The notes under the pieces: generated by a model
Told to the model about the DNA's origin: nothing
What the model saw: only the letters and a program-made list of their open reading frames with translations
The model's database searches: none
Shown here: piece by piece, positions 8,505-18,921 of the stretch
Layout: every line of letters begins with the position of its first letter
Numbering within the stretch: the first letter of the stretch is position 1
Made by a program: the position numbers and the translations under genes
From: Lentimicrobiaceae bacterium
GTDB taxonomy: Bacteria; Bacteroidota; Bacteroidia; Bacteroidales; F082
Reading direction: 5' to 3'
NCBI GenBank assembly: GCA_018661505.1
Contig: JABJIE010000015.1
Coordinates: 8,424 to 72,423 of the forward strand
Length of the DNA: 64,000 nucleotides

Positions 8505-9872
8505 TTGGAAGACGCGGATACAGATTCTTATATATCGGGGTTAAATATTCTATCAGAATATTTCCTTTCAGGGTTTGGCACGGATACAATAATTGGCCTT
8601 ATAATACTTATAATCCTGATTTTTTTCTCCGGTCTTGTTTCTGGGTCTGAAACAGCTTTTTTTTCACTTTCTCCAGCAGATATTGAGTCCTTAAAATTAA
8701 GGTCTGGTAAAAAAGACAAGGCCATATTATCGCTACTATCCAAACCAAAAAAACTACTTGCAACAATTCTTATATCAAATAACTTTATTAACGTTAGTAT
8801 TGTAATACTTTCAACATATATTGTAGCCAACCTGTTTAATGTTGGAGCAAATGATATACTAATATTTCTCATACAGGTTGTTGTGGTTACCTCAGTATTG
8901 CTGATTTTTGGAGAAATCATTCCTAAGATAATGGCCAACAAAGAACCAGTGGCAGTTGCCAACTTGATGGTATATAATTTAAAGTTTTTAATATGGTTAT
9001 TTAAACCATTGAGCGAACTATTGGTATCTTCAACTTCAGTTATAGATAAAAGGTTTGGACGAAAAAGTCATAACATTAGTATGAGTGATCTTTCAGATGC
9101 AATAGAGATTACATCGGACAGAAGTGTGACGGATGAGGAGAAACTTATTCTAAAGGGAATAGCTACTTTTGGAGAGAAGGAGGCAAGCGAAATTATGGTT
9201 TCAAGAGTTAATGTTACTGCCATTGATAAATCAATGTCATTGGAGGATGTTAAAGAAACTGTCCTAAAATCAGGCTTTTCTAGAATACCTGTTTTTGATG
9301 AAACCCTTGATAACATAATGGGGGTGCTTTATATTAAAGATTTGTTACCCTACGCAAACAACAGCAGCTTGGCATGGATAAACCTTATTCGAAAGCCTGT
9401 ATTTTTTGTTCCAGAAAACAAGAGAATTAATGATCTATTACAAGAATTCAGACAAAAGAAAATTCACCTTGCAATAGTTGTTGATGAGTATGGAGGAACA
9501 TCCGGTATAATTACTCTTGAGGATATTATTGAAGAAATAGTTGGAGAGATAAGTGATGAGTTTGATGTGGAGCCACTACAGTTTAAGTATGATAAGTTAT
9601 CTGAAAACAGATTTGTTTTCGAAGCAAAAACACCAATAGTTGATTTTTGTAAAATATTGCAGCTTGATGATGAAAAATTTGATGAGGTAAAAGGTGAATC
9701 CGATTCATTGGGAGGCTTAATTCTTGAGCTTCAAGGTAAGATACCAAAGCAAGGATCCATAATAGATTTTGAAAATATGCGTTTCGAGGTAATTGACGCA
9801 GATATACGTAAGATAAACAGAATAAAGATTGAAATAATAGATAAGGAAATTGAAAAGGATACTGATTTATAG
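8505..9872 (+). CDS. gldE: Gliding-motility-associated CNNM/CorC-family membrane protein GldE (DUF21 + CBS pair + CorC_HlyC)
   Basis: 455 aa with a TTG start. Has the TM DUF21 region, a CBS pair (IMVSRVNV..., VFDETLDNIMGVLYIKDLL), the 'HLAIVVDEYGGTSGIITLEDIIEEIVGEI' block and a CorC tail. The ssb-gldE-gldD order matches the known Flavobacterium arrangement. Confidence 0.8.
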   Translation: MEDADTDSYISGLNILSEYFLSGFGTDTIIGLIILIILIFFSGLVSGSETAFFSLSPADIESLKLRSGKKDKAILSLLSKPKKLLATILISNNFINVSIVILSTYIVANLFNVGANDILIFLIQVVVVTSVLLIFGEIIPKIMANKEPVAVANLMVYNLKFLIWLFKPLSELLVSSTSVIDKRFGRKSHNISMSDLSDAIEITSDRSVTDEEKLILKGIATFGEKEASEIMVSRVNVTAIDKSMSLEDVKETVLKSGFSRIPVFDETLDNIMGVLYIKDLLPYANNSSLAWINLIRKPVFFVPENKRINDLLQEFRQKKIHLAIVVDEYGGTSGIITLEDIIEEIVGEISDEFDVEPLQFKYDKLSENRFVFEAKTPIVDFCKILQLDDEKFDEVKGESDSLGGLILELQGKIPKQGSIIDFENMRFEVIDADIRKINRIKIEIIDKEIEKDTDL

Positions 9873-10443
9873 CTTAATTCTTTTGATAACTACCATTTCA
9901 TGTGATCAAAATACAACACCACTTCCACGTGGCTATTTTAGAATTGATATGCCAGAGCATAATTATATGTTATCTGACACAACCTTTCCCTATTATTTTG
10001 AATATCCAGTTTATACACAACTTATAGAGCCAACAAAAAATCATGGTCAGGAATATTGGTTGAATGTTGAGTATCCACAGTTTAATTCAACTATATTCCT
10101 CAGCTATAAACCAGTTAATGGAAATCTTATATCATATCTTGAAGACTCCTATACACTTGTATCTAAACATATTCCAAAGGCTGAGGATATACTTGATAGT
10201 GTTATTGTCGACAGAGATAGAAATATGTACGGGCTCACATATAAAATAGAAGGGAGTGGTGCTGCCTCACCATATCAATTTTTCCTAACTGATAGTGCTT
10301 CTCATTTCGTAAGAGGTGCATTGTATTTTAATATGAAACCCAACAACGATTCATTGGAACCGGTAATAGATTTTATATCCAAAGATATTGAACACATGTT
10401 AAATACAATGGAGTGGAATGATAGTTATGATTACTCACAGTAG
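9850..10443 (+). CDS. gldD: Gliding-motility lipoprotein GldD
   Basis: 197 aa with a TTG start that overlaps the gldE 3' end. Lipoprotein signal ...LLITTISC followed by 'PRGYFRIDMP'. Size and position directly after gldE fit GldD. Confidence 0.7.
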   Translation: MKRILIYSLILLITTISCDQNTTPLPRGYFRIDMPEHNYMLSDTTFPYYFEYPVYTQLIEPTKNHGQEYWLNVEYPQFNSTIFLSYKPVNGNLISYLEDSYTLVSKHIPKAEDILDSVIVDRDRNMYGLTYKIEGSGAASPYQFFLTDSASHFVRGALYFNMKPNNDSLEPVIDFISKDIEHMLNTMEWNDSYDYSQ

Positions 10444-11699
10444 AAGTTGATCATTTGTTGAATACCCCTATTACAAACAGGACAAAATTCATTAACCCTA
10501 AAGCTATTCATCAAGCAATCGTGCATGGGACGATACACCCCCTTTGCCACATAACCTCCTCCTTCAAATACACCAACTTTATCCTTATATTTTTCAGTGT
10601 CTGGAGTAGGAATTGGAGTTCTTTTCTTAACCATATCTTTCCATTTACTCTCGAAGTCAACCAGTGTGGTAAGATTAGGCTCCCATGGTTCAGCATTAAG
10701 ATTATAGAAGTCAATGTATGATGTTGATGATGTATAATACTCGTCACCTAGTCCGGCAAATCCATGTCCTAGCTCATGGATAAATATTTGGGCAGCTTTC
10801 TCATTACTATTTACACTAACGCTGTAGTAATTATATATGGCGCCTCCACCATATTTCTTGGTGTTAACTAGTATGTAAATCTGATCATATGGTACATTAG
10901 CAGCCAGATCCCTAACACTTTTGTTATCAAGGGTCATACAATACCTCTCACTATCAAACGTGTAGAAAGATGTGTTAAGTAATGTTTTGTTCCAAATATT
11001 ATTTGCTGGGATATCATTTCCCGAATCGCTAGATGGGGCTAATATTCCGTAAATATTAAAGTTGTTCTCATTAACAGAATATGGATAATAGTTAAATAGT
11101 CCACTTGTAAACTCCCTACAATCATCGATAAATTGACCCATTTCATCTTTGGAGTAGCCTTCAGGAAGTATAACTATATCAACTTTTTTGGATGGATCAC
11201 CAGATTTATAAGCCATAAAAGATGGATAAACCAATCGTCGATCTTTCTTTATGAAATAATCATTCGGATCTACTTCATGAATGAAAGACTCAACAAAAAT
11301 TTCATCATAATTGCGGGAATAAATTTTAACTACAACTGGCTTTTTTGGAAAAGGAAATACAACGGTTTCAGAGAATGCCCTACTTATTTTATTTGCTTCA
11401 TCTGTGGTTTGCCATTCAGCAAATAATGTAGAATATCCTCTGGAATATAGTAATGAATCATTAGACTTATTAAATACTTTTACATAATAATTGCCATATT
11501 CAAAGGTGTCAACAAGATTAGTTTTTGACCCTCCCCAAAAAGGTTCTTCCAATATCTCCTCAAAAAAGAACATTTCTGTGTTACTGTTGCCACCATGAGT
11601 GTAGTCAAGCCTCATTGTCTTGTCTTCAAAATATTTTTCAAATTGTGCAGTTCCTGATATACTACTAAATATTAATAATAGACTAAGCCAATTTTTCAT
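10431..11699 (-). CDS. Secreted M64-family (IgA-peptidase-like) zinc metallopeptidase
   Basis: The ORF extends to 11753, but a signal peptide begins at the internal Met (MKNWLSLLLIFSSISGTAQ). That start at 11699 also avoids overlap with the upstream gene. Zinc site HELGHGFAGLGDEY. Confidence 0.85.
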   Translation of the reverse strand: MKNWLSLLLIFSSISGTAQFEKYFEDKTMRLDYTHGGNSNTEMFFFEEILEEPFWGGSKTNLVDTFEYGNYYVKVFNKSNDSLLYSRGYSTLFAEWQTTDEANKISRAFSETVVFPFPKKPVVVKIYSRNYDEIFVESFIHEVDPNDYFIKKDRRLVYPSFMAYKSGDPSKKVDIVILPEGYSKDEMGQFIDDCREFTSGLFNYYPYSVNENNFNIYGILAPSSDSGNDIPANNIWNKTLLNTSFYTFDSERYCMTLDNKSVRDLAANVPYDQIYILVNTKKYGGGAIYNYYSVSVNSNEKAAQIFIHELGHGFAGLGDEYYTSSTSYIDFYNLNAEPWEPNLTTLVDFESKWKDMVKKRTPIPTPDTEKYKDKVGVFEGGGYVAKGVYRPMHDCLMNSFRVNEFCPVCNRGIQQMINFYCE

Positions 11700-11709
11700 T
11701 GTGTTAGAT

Positions 11710-13107
11710 TTATTTTTTTGATGCTTCTTCTTCTTCTGGTGATAGCCATCCACCTCCCAACGCTTTATATAGTTTAACGTATGTTGAAAGAAGCGCGGCT
11801 CGAGTTTGTGTATAGCTTAATTCAGCATCGAATGCCTGACGTTGTGAATCTAGTACCTCAAGATAACTTGTCACTCCTTGAGAGTATCTATTTTCCGATA
11901 ACATTTCGGCATTAGCTGCAGCCTTGTATCGTGTTTTTTGAGCAATAATTTCTTCTTTTAATGTTTCAATGCTAACCAGAGCATCTTCAACATCTTTAAA
12001 AGCCCTTAGAACTGTATTTTCATATTGGTATAGTTGAGCCTGAGCTTCGTAATTAGCAATTTCAGCTCGTTTTTTATTCTTGCCAAATTCAAATATTGGC
12101 CCCAATAAACTACCACCCGCGGACCATGCAATACCTCCAGTAGTAAGGGCATTTAGATCATTACTTGCTACACCAAGTAATCCCGTTAGATTGAGTGATG
12201 GCCATCTCATAGCCTCCGCTACTCCAATTTGTGCATTTTTAGATTTGTAATCTGCTTCAGCTTGCAATATATCAGGTCTTCTCTCCAATAATTGGGATGG
12301 TAGTCCTGTTGGAATATCAGGAGGATAGCCCATTTCATTTAAATTTTTATCAGTGTTAATTGCATTTGGATATCTGCCTAGCAGTATACTCAAAGAGCTT
12401 TCAGTAATGGCTACATCTCTTTTAAATTGAGGTACTGCTGCTGCTGATATTGCTCTTTGAACCTGCGATTGGTTGAGGTCTATTTCTGCGATAACACCCC
12501 ATTTATATCTAGCTTCCAATATTAATAAACCACTGTCTCTTGATTCCAATGTGTTTTTAGCAATTAATAATTTTTCACGATTACCTAATAATTCAAAATA
12601 TGAACTTGCAACTGCAGATATTAAACTCATCTGAATGGTTCTTAATCCATATTGACTGGATAATAAATCTGCTTGTGCTGCTTCGGTTAGCCTTCGATAT
12701 TTACCCCAAAAACCAATTTCCCAACTTAGTTCAGGATAGGCAAAGAAGTTATTTGTGATACTACTTTGCTTGCCACCCATGTAATTTCCTGTAGTTGCTC
12801 CAGCTGAAAACCCAAGCTTTGGATATTGGTCTGCAGAAGTATAGCCAACATTTACTCTTGCTGCTTCAATCCTAGCAGCAGCTATTAATACATCCTTATT
12901 CTCCCTGAGGGCTATAGCAATTAATGTGTCCAATATTGGATCGTCGAATAATTTCCACCAGTATAAGTTTACTATTGAGTCTGTTTTTACGGAATCAAAC
13001 CTATAATTATCTGGAGTTTGATAATCAGGCTTTTGAAAGTCAGGACCCAAAGTACAACCTGAAACTATAATGCCAACGGTGAAAATGTATATTAATATTT
13101 TTTTCAT
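11710..13107 (-). CDS. RND efflux outer-membrane factor lipoprotein (NodT/TolC family)
   Basis: Lipobox MKKILIYIFTVGIIVSGC. Two TolC-like repeats, and the tail ends LYKALGGGW. Confidence 0.9.
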   Translation of the reverse strand: MKKILIYIFTVGIIVSGCTLGPDFQKPDYQTPDNYRFDSVKTDSIVNLYWWKLFDDPILDTLIAIALRENKDVLIAAARIEAARVNVGYTSADQYPKLGFSAGATTGNYMGGKQSSITNNFFAYPELSWEIGFWGKYRRLTEAAQADLLSSQYGLRTIQMSLISAVASSYFELLGNREKLLIAKNTLESRDSGLLILEARYKWGVIAEIDLNQSQVQRAISAAAVPQFKRDVAITESSLSILLGRYPNAINTDKNLNEMGYPPDIPTGLPSQLLERRPDILQAEADYKSKNAQIGVAEAMRWPSLNLTGLLGVASNDLNALTTGGIAWSAGGSLLGPIFEFGKNKKRAEIANYEAQAQLYQYENTVLRAFKDVEDALVSIETLKEEIIAQKTRYKAAANAEMLSENRYSQGVTSYLEVLDSQRQAFDAELSYTQTRAALLSTYVKLYKALGGGWLSPEEEEASKK

Positions 13108-13114
13108 GCAGATA

Positions 13115-16100
13115 TTAGTTTGAAGGTTCATCTTTATTAGCTAACCGTGCTGCTTCTTTCTCTCTTCTTTTTTCATAACCTGCAATTTTACCAATGAATA
13201 CAAATAGCATTGGATACATGAATACTCCAAGGAAAGTTGCTAGTGACATACCACCTAAAAGTGCCATTCCCATAACTTTTCTTGCTTCGGCTCCAGAGCC
13301 AGATGCTATAACTAGAGGCATGACTCCAAAAATAAATGAGAATGCAGTCATTAAAATTGGTCTGAAACGAGCTCGTGCAGCAGCCATGGCCGATTTCATT
13401 AATGATTTACCAGTTTTAAACTCATCTATGGCAAATTCAACAATTAGAATTGCATTTTTTGCTGCCATACCCACCAACATTACAAATGAAACTTGGGCAA
13501 ATATATTGTTCTCAAATGATGGGCTGAATATTCTAGCAAACCAAAGTGCAAATAAAGCTCCGAATATGGCAAAAGGTGTTCCCATTAGAATACTGATTGG
13601 TAGCGACCAGCTTTCATATTGAGCACTTAGTATTAGGAATACAAATAATAGAGAAAAAGTTAGAATGATTCCCAATGAACCTGAAGCTTTCTTTTCCTGG
13701 AAAGACATAGCATTCCAAGAATAGCTCATATCAGACGGCAATACGCTCGCAGAAACCTCCTCTAAAGCTGTCATTGCCTGAGCTGAGGTATAGCCTTCAG
13801 CAGGACCACCAGTTACTTCTACTGACCTAAAAAGGTTAAACCTATTGGTGTAATCTGGCCCAGAAATATCTTTTACAGTTACCAAGGTGGACAAGGGAAC
13901 CATTTCCCCCTTGTTATTTTTTAAGAAGAAATTATTAATTTGTTTTTCGTTTACTCTATATTTTGGCTCTGCCTGAATATAAGTTTTATAGAGTCTTCCA
14001 AATCTTGTGAAATCATTAACGTAAGAACCTCCCATAAATGCTCCTATTGTTCTGTAAAGCTCATCAAGAGAAACTCCAAGTTTAAGAGCTTTCTGCTTAT
14101 CCACATCCATATACCTTTGTGGCACGTTAGCTTGGAATGTTGTAAATGCCTTATCAACTTCTGGTCTTTCATTGGCTTTTTTAATGAACTTGTATGTATT
14201 CTGAGCAAGATAATCTGGTGTATTTCCTCCTCTGTCTTGAATCATTATGCTAAATCCAGACCCACTACCAAGCCCTGGTAATGCTGGTGGACCAAAAGCA
14301 AAAACTTGAGCTCCAAGTACCTTTGTAAATAAAACAGGGTTTAGTTTTGCAATAATTTCTTTAGCGGTAGGCTTTCGCTTGCTCCAATCTTTTAAAGTAA
14401 CAAACATAAAACCATTACTTGATGCCATTGAGCCAGAAAGCATGCTGTATCCAGTTACATTGGTTACATATTCAACCTCGGGGATACTCAATAATATATT
14501 TTCCACCTGTTTAGCTATTGCATCCGATCTTTGCAAAGATGCCGCATCTGGAAGTTGCATATTAACAAAGAAGTACCCCATGTCTTCTTCAGGAATAAAT
14601 CCTCCAGGTACCATTTTTCCAAAAATTCCAGCTCCAATTGTAATCAGAACAATGAACACAATACTTCGTTTCATTTTCCTGGCGACAATATCTGAAAATG
14701 TCATGTAGGATTCAGTGGTTTTCCCCATTAACTTGTTAAATCCTCCAAAGAATTTACCTAGTATTCCTTTATAGGGCTTTGGCTCCTTTAATAATAATGA
14801 TGAAAGTGCTGGGCTAAGCGACAGGGCATTAATGGAAGACACTATAACGGAAACAACTATGGTAATAGCAAACTGTTGATATAGTCTACCTGTTATGCCA
14901 GCCATTGCAGCCACTGGGATAAATACTGCTATTAATACTAAGGTTGTAGCAATAATTGGTGCTGCAACTTTTTTCATTGCCTCAATTGTTGCTTGTTTGG
15001 CATTCATGCCCTTTGATATATTTACTTGAACAGCTTCAACAACAACAATTGCATCATCAACAACAATACCTATTGCTAGCACCAAGCCAAGTAACGAAAG
15101 CACATTTATGGTAAAGCCCAGAATTGGAAAAAAAATAAAAGCACCAATAAGTGATACTGGTATTGCAACTGTTGGTATAAGTGTGGCTCTCCAATCTTGT
15201 ATAAAGATAAAAACTACTAAAATAACCAAGAATACAGCAATAATTAGAGTTACTACAATATCTTTAATACCAGCATTAATTGCTAGAGTAGAGTCAAGAG
15301 AAACATCATATTTTACAGTTTCAGGAAAACTTTTTGACAGATCTTCCATCTGAGAAATAACCTCCTGGCTTAATTCAACAGCATTTGAACCTGGTGCCTG
15401 ATATAGAGCAATTAACGCGCATGTTTTACCATTTAAACGGGTATAAGCATCATAGCTTTCCACACCAAGGTCTATGGAAGCAATATCTTTAAGCTTTACT
15501 TGTGATCCTTCTGGAGTTGTTCTAATAACAATTTCACCAAATGCTTCAGGAGAACTAAATCTTTCGGGCAGTCTTACGGTATAAGTAAATTCAGTTCCTG
15601 GTGGAGCAGGTTCAGCACCAAATTTTCCACCAGGCACAATTATGTTTTGCTGATTAATGGCATTCTGTATTTCACCAACAGTAATGCCCATTTGAGCAAG
15701 TATATCGGGCTTAACCCAAATCCTCATGGAATAATCTGAGGCTCCTAATATACTTACCCTACCGACACCTTTTATTCTTGATAATTGATCTTTTATATTT
15801 ATCAATGCATAGTTGCCGAGAAAATCTTGATCGTATGTGCCATCTGATGTTAGAGTAACAATCATAAGGATGTTTGGCAATGATTTTTCAGTGGTTACAC
15901 CAAACTTTGTTACTTCACTTGGTAATTTTGCAGATGCAGCGCTGACCCTGTTTTGTGCAAGGACGGTATTCATATCTGGATCTGTTCCAACTTCAAATGA
16001 TATGTCTATTGTCATAGTACCATCATTGGCATTGGTAGATTTCATATATATCATGTTGTCTACTCCGTTTATCTGTTGTTCCAGAGGCGTAGCAACGGAT

Positions 16101-16288
16101 TCTTCAACGGCAATTGCATTTGCTCCCGTATAAGTGCCCCTAACTTGAACAACGGATGGAGTTAGATCAGGGTATTGTTCTATTGGTAAACCTGATAGCA
16201 TAATAAACCCAACTATTACTATAACAATTGCAATAACCATTGCAACAATAGGTCTGTGTACGAAAAAATATCCTTTTTGATCAGACAT
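13115..16288 (-). CDS. RND multidrug efflux permease (AcrB/HAE1 family)
   Basis: 1057 aa. N-terminal FFVHRPIVAMVIAIVI, 12-TM architecture with two large periplasmic loops, and the conserved 'VVDDAIVVVE' block. Confidence 0.95.
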   Translation of the reverse strand: MSDQKGYFFVHRPIVAMVIAIVIVIVGFIMLSGLPIEQYPDLTPSVVQVRGTYTGANAIAVEESVATPLEQQINGVDNMIYMKSTNANDGTMTIDISFEVGTDPDMNTVLAQNRVSAASAKLPSEVTKFGVTTEKSLPNILMIVTLTSDGTYDQDFLGNYALINIKDQLSRIKGVGRVSILGASDYSMRIWVKPDILAQMGITVGEIQNAINQQNIIVPGGKFGAEPAPPGTEFTYTVRLPERFSSPEAFGEIVIRTTPEGSQVKLKDIASIDLGVESYDAYTRLNGKTCALIALYQAPGSNAVELSQEVISQMEDLSKSFPETVKYDVSLDSTLAINAGIKDIVVTLIIAVFLVILVVFIFIQDWRATLIPTVAIPVSLIGAFIFFPILGFTINVLSLLGLVLAIGIVVDDAIVVVEAVQVNISKGMNAKQATIEAMKKVAAPIIATTLVLIAVFIPVAAMAGITGRLYQQFAITIVVSVIVSSINALSLSPALSSLLLKEPKPYKGILGKFFGGFNKLMGKTTESYMTFSDIVARKMKRSIVFIVLITIGAGIFGKMVPGGFIPEEDMGYFFVNMQLPDAASLQRSDAIAKQVENILLSIPEVEYVTNVTGYSMLSGSMASSNGFMFVTLKDWSKRKPTAKEIIAKLNPVLFTKVLGAQVFAFGPPALPGLGSGSGFSIMIQDRGGNTPDYLAQNTYKFIKKANERPEVDKAFTTFQANVPQRYMDVDKQKALKLGVSLDELYRTIGAFMGGSYVNDFTRFGRLYKTYIQAEPKYRVNEKQINNFFLKNNKGEMVPLSTLVTVKDISGPDYTNRFNLFRSVEVTGGPAEGYTSAQAMTALEEVSASVLPSDMSYSWNAMSFQEKKASGSLGIILTFSLLFVFLILSAQYESWSLPISILMGTPFAIFGALFALWFARIFSPSFENNIFAQVSFVMLVGMAAKNAILIVEFAIDEFKTGKSLMKSAMAAARARFRPILMTAFSFIFGVMPLVIASGSGAEARKVMGMALLGGMSLATFLGVFMYPMLFVFIGKIAGYEKRREKEAARLANKDEPSN

Positions 16289-16299
16289 GGTCAGTATTT

Positions 16300-17481
16300 T
16301 TAAATTGGGGTAGCTTCATTTTTAAATACGGTTTTCTTAGGAATAACAGGCATTCCTGGTTGAACCTTCTGCAGAGCATCAATCACAACTCTTTCATTGG
16401 GTTCAAGACCTTTCTGTATGATCCAGTAATCTTCGTATTTCTGTCCGGTTATTACCTGACGTTTTTCAATTTTGCTGCTGTCGTTAACCACATAAACGGA
16501 ATGTGTGCCTTGAAGTTCCATTATACATCTCTGTGGAATAATAAGAGCTCCTTTGATAACATTCATTTTAGCCCTTACCTTTGCGTATTGTCCTGGTCTT
16601 AATATCTTATCTGGGTTTGGAAATGATGTTTGAATTAACATGGAGCCAGTTTCTGGATTAACTTCCCTTCCTATAAAATTTACTTTTCCCTTATATTTAA
16701 AAACACTGTTATCAGATAGTATGAGTTCTAGGTTGCCGTTATCATCTTTTTGTTTGTTTATGGGATTTATCTTATTTTTTCTTTCATTCTCAATGAATTT
16801 ATTTGCCAAACCAAGATATTCTGTTTCAGCAATGTAAAACTCTACATGAATCGTGTCTATTGTAGATACAGTATTCAAAATAACAGGATTGGGATTCTGA
16901 CCCACAAACTCACCAACCTTTGCTTCTGTTTTACCTATCAGGCCATTTAAGGGCGAAATAATATTACAATAACTCAAGTTTATTTTGGCAATGTTAACGC
17001 CAGATTCAACAGCATTAACATTTGCGATGGCCGCATCATATTGCGCCTGAGCAGCATCAAGATCACTTTTACTTACGGCATTTATTTTTGCCAGAGGCTT
17101 TATTCTTCCAAGATCACTTTCTGCTTTTGCTAATTGTGTCTTTGCTTCCGCAAGGTTACTTAGTTCCCGCGCCAACTTTTCTTGAAGTGACTGTGGGTCA
17201 ATAGTGTATAGAAGCTGATTTTTTTTTACATATGTACCTTCTTGAAAATATATTTTATCAAGAAAACCAATTACTCGTGTTCGAATAGGGATGTCATATT
17301 GCCCGTAAATCTGTCCAATAAAATCTTGGTATATGGGAACGTCTTCTTTGATAACATCAACAATAGGAATTTGAAGCATTTGAGGAGCACTTTTCTTATT
17401 ATCATTACAGGCGCTAAGTGCCAGTAACAAGATCATAAAAGTGCCGAATCTTTTAAAAATAAAACTTGTTTTCTTGCTCAT
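16300..17481 (-). CDS. RND efflux periplasmic adaptor (membrane fusion protein) lipoprotein
   Basis: Start placed at the internal Met (MSKKTSFIFKRFGTFMILLLALSAC lipobox). Coiled-coil hairpin (AKTQLAKAESDLGR...DLDAAQAQYDAA) plus beta-barrel and MP domains. Confidence 0.9.
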   Translation of the reverse strand: MSKKTSFIFKRFGTFMILLLALSACNDNKKSAPQMLQIPIVDVIKEDVPIYQDFIGQIYGQYDIPIRTRVIGFLDKIYFQEGTYVKKNQLLYTIDPQSLQEKLARELSNLAEAKTQLAKAESDLGRIKPLAKINAVSKSDLDAAQAQYDAAIANVNAVESGVNIAKINLSYCNIISPLNGLIGKTEAKVGEFVGQNPNPVILNTVSTIDTIHVEFYIAETEYLGLANKFIENERKNKINPINKQKDDNGNLELILSDNSVFKYKGKVNFIGREVNPETGSMLIQTSFPNPDKILRPGQYAKVRAKMNVIKGALIIPQRCIMELQGTHSVYVVNDSSKIEKRQVITGQKYEDYWIIQKGLEPNERVVIDALQKVQPGMPVIPKKTVFKNEATPI

Positions 17482-17534
17482 AAAATTTATTTTTCTGAAA
17501 AACTCTGTAATTACAATACTGCAAATGTAAAAAA

Positions 17535-18710
17535 TCAAATGACTTTGGCTCTTTTGAACTCAACACTCTCGTTGAATATGTATCGATAGGTTATATGCGT
17601 CTTTTTTATCTTAGAACCAAGTTGCTTTACTAATTTAATCATCTTAGGATTAAAATCTCCAATCCAATTCATTTCCAAATCCCTATAATTCATACCTTGC
17701 CCTATCTCATTTTCAAAATATACAATCATACCTTCAGCCACACCAAATCCCTGAAACTTTGGAACAACACCAAATATAAGCCCCACTGCTCTGGTGCATT
17801 GTTTTTTTATTTTCAATAAATACAATAGTCTTAACTTATTAAATAGATGAAATTTCCCATTAAAATTTCTTGTTATCTGATATAAATCAGGTATCATTAT
17901 GAAAAAAGCAATCGGGTTATTTTTATGATAGGCAAATATAATCAACTTGGGGTCGATTATTTGCTTCATGGATTTAAATAATGCTCTGGATTGTTTTTCA
18001 GTTACTGGTTTTACTCCTTCAAATTTAGCCCAGGCTGAGTTAAATACAGTCATAAAGTTTTCAGCAGTCAATTGGGAATTATTTTTGTCATGGAAACCAA
18101 AACTAATATCCGGATTTTGCCGTATTTTATCTGACTTTTCTCTAATTATTGGATCTAAATTGCCCACAGTTAGTGGAATGTGAAAAGTATATTGGTTGAA
18201 GAAGTTCTTAAAACCGTAAGATTCAAAGAGGTCATTATAATACTCATGATTATAAGGCATGTTATATATTGGCTCATAGAAACCATCTTTAAGGCATCCC
18301 CAGAAATGTTCTCTAGAACCAAAATTAATGGGGCCATCCATTGCTTCCATCCCCTTATTATGTAACCATAATTTTGCAGCATCAAATAGAATTGTTGCAG
18401 CAGTATTGTTATTTATACATTCGAAAAACCCACAACCACCAGTAGGTTGATCATTTTTCATGGCAGTTTTATCATCATAAAATGCTGCAATTCTACCAAT
18501 GATGGAGTTATTTGAATTATAAAGTATCCACCTTATTGCATCTCCTCGTTTAAATAACCTGTTCTTTTTTGCATCGAATACTTTTTCAATATCCTCATCC
18601 AAAGGTCTAATCCAATTATTGTCGTCCTTGTATAATTTAACAGGAAATTGCAGAAATTCAGATTTCTCTTTTCTTGATTTTACTTCAATTAGATTATAAC
18701 TCTTGCTCAT
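17535..18710 (-). CDS. Conserved Bacteroidota protein, probable GNAT-fold acyltransferase
   Basis: 391 aa, with a central acetyltransferase-like block (..IGRIAAFYDD..GGCGFFECINN..A..LFDAAKLWLHNKGMEAMDGPINFG). The assignment rests on remembered family resemblance only. Confidence 0.45.
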   Translation of the reverse strand: MSKSYNLIEVKSRKEKSEFLQFPVKLYKDDNNWIRPLDEDIEKVFDAKKNRLFKRGDAIRWILYNSNNSIIGRIAAFYDDKTAMKNDQPTGGCGFFECINNNTAATILFDAAKLWLHNKGMEAMDGPINFGSREHFWGCLKDGFYEPIYNMPYNHEYYNDLFESYGFKNFFNQYTFHIPLTVGNLDPIIREKSDKIRQNPDISFGFHDKNNSQLTAENFMTVFNSAWAKFEGVKPVTEKQSRALFKSMKQIIDPKLIIFAYHKNNPIAFFIMIPDLYQITRNFNGKFHLFNKLRLLYLLKIKKQCTRAVGLIFGVVPKFQGFGVAEGMIVYFENEIGQGMNYRDLEMNWIGDFNPKMIKLVKQLGSKIKKTHITYRYIFNESVEFKRAKVI

Positions 18711-18878
18711 TTACTAATTTTTACAAAATTCAAAAGTAAATATATTGTTTGTAGTCGAATATTGTTTTATTAATAATTAGCATTTAAATAACTTTTTTGA
18801 TTATGGATTAATGTAATTAGAAATATTCCAAATTTGACAAAAACTTATTACTTTACTTTTTATAGTTGATAATGATTT

Positions 18879-18886
18879 TACCTTTG
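18879..18886 (+). promoter_or_regulatory. Candidate -7 box (TAnnTTTG) for pta
   Basis: TACCTTTG embedded in the near-palindrome TACCTTTGCAAAAGGTA, 36 nt upstream of the pta ATG. Confidence 0.4.
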
Positions 18887-18921
18887 CAAAAGGTAGTTAA
18901 AGATTTAATTTTGAAAATTAT

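Noticed and set aside
10431-10443. 13-nt convergent overlap of the gldD and M64 peptidase 3' ends
   Set aside because: This is a real sequence feature but a trivial consequence of compact convergent genes. No hairpin or other signal is associated with it.
11700-11753. N-terminal extensions in the ORF track for the M64 peptidase, OMF, MFP, DUF5684 and DUF1566 genes
   Set aside because: In each case an internal Met immediately precedes a signal peptide, lipobox or conserved start, and using it removes overlap with the upstream gene. The longer forms are probably not translated.
13194-16133. Several 80-140-aa plus-strand ORFs inside the RND pump gene, and similar ones inside gldE, pta, lptD, gatE and others
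   Set aside because: All lie antisense within long, motif-rich genes. None has a start context, signal or family resemblance.
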